From Phycisphaerales bacterium (GTDB lineage: Bacteria; Planctomycetota; Phycisphaerae; Tepidisphaerales; Tepidisphaeraceae), in the NCBI GenBank assembly GCA_028288875.1, contig JAQGHK010000536.1:1-28551 (forward strand): a DNA stretch of 28,551 nucleotides, in the 5' to 3' direction. This document shows, piece by piece, positions 15,441 to 23,790 of the stretch. Made by a program: the position numbers and the translations under genes. The stretch's first letter is position 1. Each line of letters begins with the position of its first letter. The notes beneath the pieces were generated by a model. That model was given only the letters and a program-made list of their open reading frames with translations. It was not told the DNA's origin and did no database searches.

Positions 15441-16130
15441 GTGCTGAAAGTATTTCACAAAGCCCGCTGGATCTTCTTCGACGTCGGCTACACGCTGTTC
15501 GACGAAACGCCGGCGTGGCAGGGTCTGTTCCAAACCGTGTCGGCTGAGTTAAAACGGCGCGGGCGCGACGTGCCGGCCGAGGCGATCTGGCGGACGTACG
15601 ACGACATCTGCGCGACCTTCGCCCCCTTCCAGTGGCGAGGCCTGTGCGAGCGGTTGGCGGCCAGTCCCGCCGAGGCGATCGAGCTGGAGAAGCTCTCCGG
15701 CAGCGGCTGGTCGCACGACGGCGAAGTTGTTTACCCCGGCGCGATCGATACCGTTCGCAGCCTGCACGGGCGGTACCGGCTCGGGGTGATCGCCAATCAG
15801 CATGAAGGCACCGTGCGTCGCTTGGCCGAGCGGAACCTGGGCGAGTATTTCGACCTTGTCATCGGCTCGGCTGAGGCGGGCGTGCGCAAGCCTGATCCGG
15901 CGATCTTCCAGATGGCCCTCGCGAAGGCCGGCTGCCGGGCGGATGAGGCCGTCATGGTCGGCGACCGCATCGACAACGACATCCGCCCCGCCAATGTCAT
16001 TGGCATGCAGACGATCCACGTCCGCCAAGGCGGCAGCGGCCGACAGTGGCCACGCTCGGCGGAAGAGACGGCGACGGTGACGGTCGATACGATTGGCGAG
16101 GTCGCCAACCTGTTCGGGAGCCGAAGATGA
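15441..16130 (+). CDS. HAD-superfamily hydrolase (subfamily IA)
   Basis: FFDVGYTLFD (motif I), IANQ, KPDPAIF, MVGDRIDNDI. Confidence 0.92.
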   Translation: MLKVFHKARWIFFDVGYTLFDETPAWQGLFQTVSAELKRRGRDVPAEAIWRTYDDICATFAPFQWRGLCERLAASPAEAIELEKLSGSGWSHDGEVVYPGAIDTVRSLHGRYRLGVIANQHEGTVRRLAERNLGEYFDLVIGSAEAGVRKPDPAIFQMALAKAGCRADEAVMVGDRIDNDIRPANVIGMQTIHVRQGGSGRQWPRSAEETATVTVDTIGEVANLFGSRR

Positions 16131-16621
16131 CCGACTATCCACCGCCGATTTTAGACGCCCCGCTTCCTAATGTCGCGCCAAACAGCCTGGCGTACGCGAC
16201 GCTCGCACCGTACTCGGCCGATACGGAACACTTGCGGCTGCTGTCGATCTTTCATTTCATCGTCGGGCCGGTCCAGCTCCTCTTCGGGCTTTTCCCGGTC
16301 ATCCATCTGGTGATGGGTATTCTGATGCTCAACGGCAAGTTCGGCACGCCCGGCGGCCCGAATCAGCCCGACATGAGTTTTATGGGGTGGATGTTTATCG
16401 CCATGGCGTCGGTGTTCATTCTAATCGGCATGGGTTTTGGCATCCTGACGCTAATCAGCGGTTTCCAGATCCAAGCCCGCCGCCGCCGCACCTTCAGCGT
16501 CGTTGTCGCGGCGGTGAATTGCATTCACTTCCCTTTTGGCACGACATTGGGCGTCTTTACGCTTATTGTGCTGCTACGCCGCTCCGTGGAGGAACTGTAT
16601 CGGTCGACCGCCAGGACGTAA
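16127..16621 (+). CDS. Hypothetical membrane protein (about 4 TM helices)
   Basis: ATG overlaps the HAD stop (ATGA); HLRLLSIFHFIVG..., NCIHFPFGTTLGVFTLIVL; multiple hydrophobic segments. Confidence 0.8.
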   Translation: MTDYPPPILDAPLPNVAPNSLAYATLAPYSADTEHLRLLSIFHFIVGPVQLLFGLFPVIHLVMGILMLNGKFGTPGGPNQPDMSFMGWMFIAMASVFILIGMGFGILTLISGFQIQARRRRTFSVVVAAVNCIHFPFGTTLGVFTLIVLLRRSVEELYRSTART

Positions 16622-16627
16622 TGCCTC

Positions 16628-17473
16628 ATGGCTCTTCACGAATACCGCAGCCGCGATGGCGTGATGGTTTACACGCGCCGCGGCATGGGCGATCCGCTGC
16701 TGCTGGTGCACGGTGTCTACCCCGGCGCCAGCCATCACGAATTTGATCACAACGTTTCGGCGCTCTGCAGCCGGTTCACGGTGTATGCCGTCGATCTGAT
16801 CGGCTTCGGTCAGAGCGATTCGCCGCGCCGGGCGCACTCGGCGCAGATGCACCAGCACCTGCTGCGCGACTTCATCAAAGACGTCATCACCGCGCCGGCG
16901 GTCGTCGTGGGTTCAGGCCTGAGCACCGGCCTGGCCGCGCGGCTGGGGGTGTATGACGACGGTTGGCTCAGCCACCTGGTGCTGCTCGCCCCGCCGAACA
17001 AGCAGGTCTACCACGAGCCACCAGGCTTGGCGGACAACCTCAGCCGCTTCCTGCTCGGCACGCTGGCGATCGGCACGTCGTACTACACGGTCGCCGCCAG
17101 CCGCGGCGGGTTGCGGGAGTTCCTCAAGGAAAGCTACCACGACCCCAAAGCCATCACGCGCGAGATCGTTGAGCAGCTGTTCACCGAGGCCAATGAGCCG
17201 AACAAGATGATGCCGTTCATCAGTGCCCTCTGCGGCTATTTCGATACCGACCTGGCCAACTGGCTGCCGTACGTGCGGCGCCCGACGCAGATCATCGTCG
17301 GCCAAGACCAACTCCCCGTGCCTGAGGATCGCTGGCTGAAATACGCTCAGTGGTCGATGGGGAAACGCCTGGACGTCATCGACGATTCCCGCGACTTCCC
17401 GCACCAGGAGCAGAGTGCGAGGACGAACGAGACGATGTTGACCTTCCTGGGTGCTGACGCAGTGAAGCCTTAG
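16628..17473 (+). CDS. Alpha/beta hydrolase fold protein
   Basis: LLLVHG, VYAVDLIGFGQSD, PTQIIVG, PHQE; atypical nucleophile elbow GSGLS. Confidence 0.88.
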   Translation: MALHEYRSRDGVMVYTRRGMGDPLLLVHGVYPGASHHEFDHNVSALCSRFTVYAVDLIGFGQSDSPRRAHSAQMHQHLLRDFIKDVITAPAVVVGSGLSTGLAARLGVYDDGWLSHLVLLAPPNKQVYHEPPGLADNLSRFLLGTLAIGTSYYTVAASRGGLREFLKESYHDPKAITREIVEQLFTEANEPNKMMPFISALCGYFDTDLANWLPYVRRPTQIIVGQDQLPVPEDRWLKYAQWSMGKRLDVIDDSRDFPHQEQSARTNETMLTFLGADAVKP

Positions 17474-18084
17474 GCCGCGCCGGCGAGCCGGCGCAATTGC
17501 ACCCGCTGCAGGTGGCTCGCCATTTTTTCCAGTGTGCGGCGGCTGGGCGTGTTCTTGCCGGGGATATACAGGCCGAATCGCAGCTTGCCGCTGGGCAGGG
17601 CTTTGACGCCTTGTACTTTCATCTTCTCGACGACGCTGAAGGCTTCCATTTGCAGGTTCACGTCCACCGTCGAGCCGACGACCAGGGGCTTGGGGCTGAT
17701 GACGCCGACGCCTTCGGGGCTGACGTCGGCCAGGATGCAGCCGGCCACGCGATCGACGCCCACCGGCAGGTTCAGCATCACGGCCGTCGTGCGGAAGCTG
17801 CCGCGCTGCTCGGCCGATACGGGTTCGCCGACCAAGGCGAAGGCGATCGTCGTGATGCCGTTCTCAAACGTCTCGCCGGCGACGGTGGCCCCCTGCTGGA
17901 AGAACTTGCCCCGCGTCTCGGCGAACAGCGTCACCTCCGTGCCGACGGCCAGCCCGGCGACCTGTTCAAAATCAAGCTGGCAGCTCGTCACGCCTTCAAT
18001 CGCGCGGACCTTGCCTTCGCTCAGCACGCGCTTGTTGTTCTCATTCGGAATGGCCAGAAACGCTGCGGTGTTGAGCTTAAGCAT
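17470..18084 (-). CDS. PilZ domain protein (YcgR-like two-domain layout, putative c-di-GMP effector)
   Basis: QRGSFR (RxxxR) and DVSPEG (D/NxSxxG) c-di-GMP-binding motifs after an N-terminal beta domain; SD GAGGGA. Confidence 0.85.
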   Translation of the reverse strand: MLKLNTAAFLAIPNENNKRVLSEGKVRAIEGVTSCQLDFEQVAGLAVGTEVTLFAETRGKFFQQGATVAGETFENGITTIAFALVGEPVSAEQRGSFRTTAVMLNLPVGVDRVAGCILADVSPEGVGVISPKPLVVGSTVDVNLQMEAFSVVEKMKVQGVKALPSGKLRFGLYIPGKNTPSRRTLEKMASHLQRVQLRRLAGAA

Positions 18085-18118
18085 GATGGGTTCCCTCGTT
18101 ACGTCGATCTCTCAATTC

Positions 18119-18147
18119 GTATCGGCCGCCGAGGCGAGGATCGTTGA
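18119..18147 (-). promoter_or_regulatory. Possible sigma28 (FliA)-type promoter for the PilZ gene
   Basis: Minus strand reads TCAA-N17-GCCGATAC. The -10 matches GCCGATAA at 7/8, but the spacer is 2 nt longer than the usual 15. Confidence 0.25.
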
Positions 18148-18716
18148 ATGATTCACGACCCATAAGAGGATTCCATCAGCCGGCTTGTCGATGTAGAGGC
18201 GATTGGCCTAAGTGTTCTTTTGAGCGCGAATCTTGCTCCGTCAAATTACATTCGCGCAGCGCAGGTTAAGTGCTGGCCAAGTATAAGTTTGCAACGAAAA
18301 AACGAGCGCCGCGAGCGCGCCTAACTTGCCTAGACCGCCATGTGACTTATGGCCGGCGATGCATGAGCATGTAATGGGTTGATGGCCGGCGGTCGTTCGC
18401 GACTTCGCCGCCACACGCGGCAGGGATGGGCCGACCGATTCTGCAGATTCTTCGGTGCTCCGAATTACATCAACCGCATGGTCGTGGCTCATCGCTTCTC
18501 CAATCAAAATCGCCCGCACAGCCTTGGTGGTGCGTCGGCTTCTGGAACTACCGAAATTTTATCGCCGGCCTGCCGAAAAGTCGGCCAAAAAACAGGCGTT
18601 TTGGCGAAATTCCGGCCGCCGTCCAAACGCTGCGGCCGCCCCTGCCAAACTCGGGATCGGATTCCCACGCAACCCGCGGCTTGGTCGCGCGTCCAACGTC
18701 ATGGAGAATTCGAGCC

Positions 18717-20261
18717 ATGCGGATCGCAGAAATTAAAAGTCGTAGCCGGGCGTTTGCCGCTGCCGTCGTTCTAGGGGCAGCGCTCGCCCGCGGGCAGGCC
18801 CTGCCCGCGCCAGAGCCGCGGTTTGCCTTGACCGTCTATTCCAACGCCGACCCGGCGACGTTTGACCCCAAGGGCGACCCGCAGCAGAACACCTATCCGC
18901 CGCAGCGCGCCTTGCCCGGCTACGGCGTGGTGCGCGAGCGGCGGGAGATCGATCTGAAAAGCGGCATCAACACGCTCCGCTTCAGCGATGTGGCCGCCGG
19001 CATCGATCCGACGACCGTCAGCTTCGAAAGCCTCACCGACCCGGCCGGCACGGCGGTGCTGGAGCAGAACTACGAGTTCGATCTGGTCAGCTCGGCCAAG
19101 CTGCTGGAAAAGTACATCGACAAGGCGGTCGTGGTTGAACGGCCGATGGGCGACGGGAAGATCGAAACGATCGAAGGCACCCTGCTGTCGGCCGCGCAGG
19201 GATTGGTCATCAAAACCCCAGATGGCGGCGTGCGGATCATCAACGGCTACAGCGGCATTCGCGTGGCCGACGCCGCGGGGCTGATCACCAAGCCCACCCT
19301 CGTCTGGCAACTGACGGCCACCAAGGAAGGCAAGCACGACGCGCTGGTGACTTATCAAACCAGCGGCCTGACCTGGCGGGCGGATTACAACATCGTCCTG
19401 AACGAAAAGAACACGGCCGCCGACGTGGGCGCGTGGGTGACGATGGTGAACCGCAGCGGCGTGAATTACCCGGACACGCGCCTGAAACTGGTGGCCGGCG
19501 ACGTGCAGCGCGTGACGCCGCCCCAGCGCGCGGAGGTTCAGTTCGCCGCCCGTGCCATGAGGGATGCGGCAGAGGCCGGCGCCGGCGGCTTCGTCGAAAA
19601 GTCCCTGTTTGAATACCACCTGTACACGCTCGGCCGAACCACGTCGCTTCCAGACAATTCCACAAAGCAGATCGAGCTGTTTGAGAAAAAGCTCGACGTG
19701 CCGGCGAAGAAAGTGTTCGTCTATTACGGCCTGCCCGAACAGTGGCGTGGATTTTACTCCCCTCAGCCGTACCAGAACCGCGACCTCGGCATCGAAACGA
19801 ACAAGAAAGTCGACGTCTATATCTCGATCGACAACAAGGAAGCCGCCGGACTGGGCATCCCGCTGCCGGCCGGGCGGGTGCGCGTCTATCAGCGGGACGA
19901 CACTGAAAAGACGGCCGAATTCGTCGGCGAAGACGTCATTCAGCACACGCCCAAGGACGAGAAGCTGCTGATCCGTGTCGGCAGCGCGTTTGATATTGTC
20001 GGCGAGCGGAAGCAGACGGATTTCACGGTGAACGTCGACGGCCACGTCATTACCGAGTCGTTCGAGATCAAGCTGCGGAACCATAAGAAAGAGGCCGTTT
20101 CCGTGATCGTGAAGGAGAACTTGTTCCGCTGGGCGAACTGGGAGATCACGGCCAAGAGCGACGCCTTTGAGAAGCAGGACTACCGCACGGTGCATTTCCC
20201 CGTCGACGTGCCTGCAGACGGCGAAAAGGTCGTCACGTACACCGTGAAATACACGTGGTAG
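18717..20261 (+). CDS. DUF4139 domain-containing exported protein
   Basis: Signal-like N-terminus, LTVYSN, VLEQNYEFDLVS..KLLEKY, YQTSGLTWRADY, LFEYHLYTL, LGIPLPAGRVRVY, GSAFDI; start ATG 18717 with GGAG upstream. Confidence 0.85.
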   Translation: MRIAEIKSRSRAFAAAVVLGAALARGQALPAPEPRFALTVYSNADPATFDPKGDPQQNTYPPQRALPGYGVVRERREIDLKSGINTLRFSDVAAGIDPTTVSFESLTDPAGTAVLEQNYEFDLVSSAKLLEKYIDKAVVVERPMGDGKIETIEGTLLSAAQGLVIKTPDGGVRIINGYSGIRVADAAGLITKPTLVWQLTATKEGKHDALVTYQTSGLTWRADYNIVLNEKNTAADVGAWVTMVNRSGVNYPDTRLKLVAGDVQRVTPPQRAEVQFAARAMRDAAEAGAGGFVEKSLFEYHLYTLGRTTSLPDNSTKQIELFEKKLDVPAKKVFVYYGLPEQWRGFYSPQPYQNRDLGIETNKKVDVYISIDNKEAAGLGIPLPAGRVRVYQRDDTEKTAEFVGEDVIQHTPKDEKLLIRVGSAFDIVGERKQTDFTVNVDGHVITESFEIKLRNHKKEAVSVIVKENLFRWANWEITAKSDAFEKQDYRTVHFPVDVPADGEKVVTYTVKYTW

Positions 20262-20452
20262 GCCGCCGAGAAGCGCAAGGCGGCAAAGTAGACCCGCTTT
20301 ATTGCATCGGCAGCGGCACTCCACCGGGAAAAGCAAATAACCGTTGACCGCGGTGCTGTGGAAAATTAGCCTCTGCGGTTTGTTCGCATGGTGATCGGAC
20401 TTTTGGCTATTGCCGAGGCCGGCGCTTTACGGTTCTTCAGGGGCGGGGGTTC

Positions 20453-22435
20453 ATGAGAGGTCTTCGTCAAACGCACACGCGTGCGGTACTTCTGTTGGCC
20501 GGTGCGTTTGTCGTGTTAGCCATCGCGCGGCCGGTGGCGGCGGATACGACCGTCACCGCTGCAAACCTTCCGCTGAAATCCAGCGGCTCGGCCAGTGGGT
20601 CGAGCTGGAACCTCTCCACCAACGGCTATCTCGGCACGTATGTTCGCCTGGACAAGAGCGGCACGCTGAAGCTCACGATGAACGCGCTGGGCACCAGCTC
20701 CAAGGGCGTTGCCCCGGACCTGACGCTGGCGATCGCGGATTACAAGAAGTCCTTTGCCGTCACGAGCACGACCGGCGGCTACTACACATACACGTCGCCG
20801 ATCCTGCCGGCCGGGACGTACTTCGTTCGCACGCAGTTGGACAACAGCCGGACGGTTCGCCTGAACAACGCGCCGGTGACGCTTACACCGAAGCTGACGC
20901 TCAAGAGCCTGACGGTGGGCGCGAACGCGAAGGTGCTCAGCAGCAATACCGACGACAACGTCCGCGCGGCGGCCAATACGTATATCGATAACTTCCGCCA
21001 AGGCACGGCGACGCTGAAAATTCCCGGCCTGACCGCCGGCCAGGCCGTGCACGTGCGGCTGACGAACAATGCCTTCAAACTCGGCACCTATGTGCCCGGG
21101 ACCAGCCTGAACGACGTGAACGATTACCTGGGCAGCAACGCGCCGGCCGGCTCGCACGCAGCCAATTTTCAGTCGTTCATCAATGGGCGATTCAACTCGC
21201 TGGTCGCTTCCAATGCCGCAAAATGGGGATCGAACGAACCGAGCCAGGGCAATGTCGACATGGCCGGCTCGGACGCGATGATGGCCTATGCCCGCTCGCA
21301 CGGCATGCAGGCGCGCATGCACAACCTGCTCTGGGGCGACCAGCAGCCGGCGTTTGTGAACGACCTGGTCAGCCGGGCGCAGAACGGCGACGCGGGTGCG
21401 AAGACATCGCTCGTGAACGCGATCTCCCAGCGCATCACGTACACCGTCAGCTACAACAATTACATCAACGGCGCGACGCGCGGTAACACGTTCACGCAGA
21501 TGGACGTGCTGAACGAATCGCTGCACAACAGCAAGTATTGGAGGGTGCTGGGCGCATCCGGCGTGGCCGACATCTACAAGAAGACGGCCACGGCGCTGGC
21601 CGGCATTGGATCGAACGCGAAGCTGTATCTGAACGAGTACAACGTGCTGCAGTACTCGCCGAGCACGTATAGCACGAGCACCGGTACGCTCAGCGGCAGC
21701 GACTCGTACGCGAACTGGTACCGCCAACACATCACCGATGTGAACAACGCGGGCTTCGCCGCCGGCGGGACGAAGAACGTCGTGGGCGGGATCGGCATGC
21801 AGTATTACTCGACCACGTCGGGCAATATCCCCAGCGTCGGCACGATGCAGAAAGCGCTGCAGAACTTCTCCATTGAAGGCCTGCCCATGTCCCTGACGGA
21901 ATTCGGCGTGCAGGATACCGTCCGCGACGGCACGGCCCCGCAGATCATGGATGACGCCATCCGAATGATGATGGGCACGGCCGGCGTTGACACGTTCATG
22001 TACTGGGGCTGGGACCCGGGCGCGACCGATCGCCTCGGCAGCGGCTCCACGCTGGTGAATTCCAATTGGCGAAGGGCCGACGGCAGCTGGGATCTGACGG
22101 CTGTCGGGAAACGATTCGAATACCTGTACGGCCGTGGCCTGGATCCGACCGCGCCGGGGGCGAACGCCGATGGATCGAATCCGAAGCCGTGGTCGACGGA
22201 TCTCACGCGCACCGTGAACGCCGACGGCACGATTAATTTCAAAGGCTTCTACGGCGACTACGCGGTTGATGTCGGCGGGAAGACGTACAACTTTACGTTC
22301 AACAAAGGAACGAACAGCTACACGCTCCAGTCGAGCGCAGGCCGGCTGTTTGCGTCGGACATGCCAGAGCCGGTGGGGCTGGCGATTTTCGGTATGGCCG
22401 GCATGCTCGGCCTCCGGCGATCACGGAAGTGTTAG
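20453..22435 (+). CDS. GH10 family glycoside hydrolase (endo-1,4-beta-xylanase-like) with PEP-CTERM anchor
   Basis: Signal peptide; NAAKW, RMHNLLWG, DVLNE (acid/base), LNEYN, GIGMQ, LTEFG (nucleophile); C-terminal MPEPVGLAIFGMAGMLGLRRSRK. Confidence 0.88.
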   Translation: MRGLRQTHTRAVLLLAGAFVVLAIARPVAADTTVTAANLPLKSSGSASGSSWNLSTNGYLGTYVRLDKSGTLKLTMNALGTSSKGVAPDLTLAIADYKKSFAVTSTTGGYYTYTSPILPAGTYFVRTQLDNSRTVRLNNAPVTLTPKLTLKSLTVGANAKVLSSNTDDNVRAAANTYIDNFRQGTATLKIPGLTAGQAVHVRLTNNAFKLGTYVPGTSLNDVNDYLGSNAPAGSHAANFQSFINGRFNSLVASNAAKWGSNEPSQGNVDMAGSDAMMAYARSHGMQARMHNLLWGDQQPAFVNDLVSRAQNGDAGAKTSLVNAISQRITYTVSYNNYINGATRGNTFTQMDVLNESLHNSKYWRVLGASGVADIYKKTATALAGIGSNAKLYLNEYNVLQYSPSTYSTSTGTLSGSDSYANWYRQHITDVNNAGFAAGGTKNVVGGIGMQYYSTTSGNIPSVGTMQKALQNFSIEGLPMSLTEFGVQDTVRDGTAPQIMDDAIRMMMGTAGVDTFMYWGWDPGATDRLGSGSTLVNSNWRRADGSWDLTAVGKRFEYLYGRGLDPTAPGANADGSNPKPWSTDLTRTVNADGTINFKGFYGDYAVDVGGKTYNFTFNKGTNSYTLQSSAGRLFASDMPEPVGLAIFGMAGMLGLRRSRKC

Positions 22436-23610
22436 GCGGCCACGCGCCGCGTCCGCCGCAGGAGCACCGCAAAGCCGACCAACGAAAGCATCGCCGGCTC
22501 GGGAATTAAAATCGATCCGGCGAGATACGGGACGAGGAATTCGGCCTTCGGTGTGCCGAGGCCGGTGACCAAGTCATACCCCGTTGTTGCCGGAATCGGA
22601 TTGCTGCCGGTCGTGATGTCATTGAACGCCAGGGCGTAGTACGGCGTGTTGTAGAGCGCGTAGAGCATGGTCAGCGTCTGATCACCGGTCAATGATTCCA
22701 GCCCATTGGCGGCACGACCTTCGTTGGCTAACGCAATCAGGCCAGCCCACTGCGGCGCGCCGGCGCTCGTGCCGCCAATCTGAATGAAATTGGCGTCGCC
22801 GGTGCCGGTGCTGCCGTTGAGCTGGTTGTAGATGAGGAAACCTGTTTGCGGATCGGCGTCGTAGGCGACATCAGGCACGGTCCGATCGGGACCGTCATGG
22901 ACAGCGTCTTGGTACGCAGGTCGAGTGAAACTTGGACTGACACCACCGCCGGACTTGCTCCACGCCGTTTCGCCCGTGGCGGTGATGGTGGTGCCGCCGA
23001 CGGCCAGGACATGCGGCGAAGTCGCCGGGTAGTTCGCCTGTATGCCGCGATCGCCCGAGGCGGCCACGAAGCTCACTCCGGCGTGATTCGTTGGCTGCGT
23101 GAAGGCTTCATCGAAAAAGCTGTAGCCGCCGTAATCCTGACCGGCGAAGCTCATGCTGATGGCCGACACGCCCGGGACGGATTTGGCGTAACGAACGGCG
23201 GTGAACAGATTCGCATACGTTGGCGATTCGGCGGCGACGACCAGAATATTCGCCTGCGGCGCGATCGCATGGGCGTACTGGATATCGAGCGCGCTTTCGT
23301 ACTCCCAATCGTGAGAGCCGGTGGGTTCCTGAGACGGCAGCGTGCTGCCGCCCGTCTGGTTGACGATCGTCAGCGATGGCGCCGGCGTGAGGCCGAAGTG
23401 CGCGTCGAAGTACGCAAGGTCGGACGCAGTGCTGGGATCGGTGTAAGCGACGATCACGGCGATCGTCTGCCCGGCGCCGGTATTGGAAAGTTGATCGAAG
23501 CCATAAAACGAGCGGATGCTCGACGGCGTTTGGGCGGCGCCGAACGACGACGCAACAGCAATCGCCGACGCGAGACCGGCCGAAGCAATGCAACACGCCG
23601 ATCGCCGCAT
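22432..23610 (-). CDS. S53 (sedolisin/kumamolisin-like) serine peptidase with PEP-CTERM anchor
   Basis: ESALDIQ (Glu/Asp), ASGD (oxyanion Asp), GGTSAGAP (Ser), Ca-site DITTG...GYDLVTGLGTP; C-terminal IPEPAMLSLVGFAVLLRRTRR; SD AGGA. Confidence 0.9.
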   Translation of the reverse strand: MRRSACCIASAGLASAIAVASSFGAAQTPSSIRSFYGFDQLSNTGAGQTIAVIVAYTDPSTASDLAYFDAHFGLTPAPSLTIVNQTGGSTLPSQEPTGSHDWEYESALDIQYAHAIAPQANILVVAAESPTYANLFTAVRYAKSVPGVSAISMSFAGQDYGGYSFFDEAFTQPTNHAGVSFVAASGDRGIQANYPATSPHVLAVGGTTITATGETAWSKSGGGVSPSFTRPAYQDAVHDGPDRTVPDVAYDADPQTGFLIYNQLNGSTGTGDANFIQIGGTSAGAPQWAGLIALANEGRAANGLESLTGDQTLTMLYALYNTPYYALAFNDITTGSNPIPATTGYDLVTGLGTPKAEFLVPYLAGSILIPEPAMLSLVGFAVLLRRTRRVAA

Positions 23611-23790
23611 GGGTGAAATCCTGTCCGCTCGCGCCGCGACTCAATCATGCCACGTCTGGCCGATTCGGCAACGTCCGAGTTGGCGGGCGGATAATGCCCA
23701 TAGCCTGCCAAAACGGGCCAAGTGGCGGCCCATGAAGCACTTCGCGGGTTTATTCCGTTTAACCAATCGGCGGTTGCGCAGTGCTGCCCG

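Noticed and set aside
18224-18240. Sigma54-like site gagcgcgaatcttgct
   Set aside because: It lacks the invariant GG at -24.
18426-18716. 97-aa N-terminal extension of the DUF4139 protein
   Set aside because: Non-host-like composition; the SD and signal-peptide-like sequence point to ATG 18717.
18085-18716. Possible c-di-GMP riboswitch upstream of the PilZ gene
   Set aside because: The GEMM signature (GGCAAAC...GACGCAAAGC) was not found on either strand by eye; only a covariance search could exclude it fully.
20263-20285. GCCGCC/GGCGGC hairpin after the DUF4139 gene as an intrinsic terminator
   Set aside because: Short stem, long loop and no U-tract.
23744-23760. cgcgggtttattccg, resembling the GCGGGTTTACACCCGC repeat
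   Set aside because: Only half of the unit matches, and there is no partner arm or palindrome.
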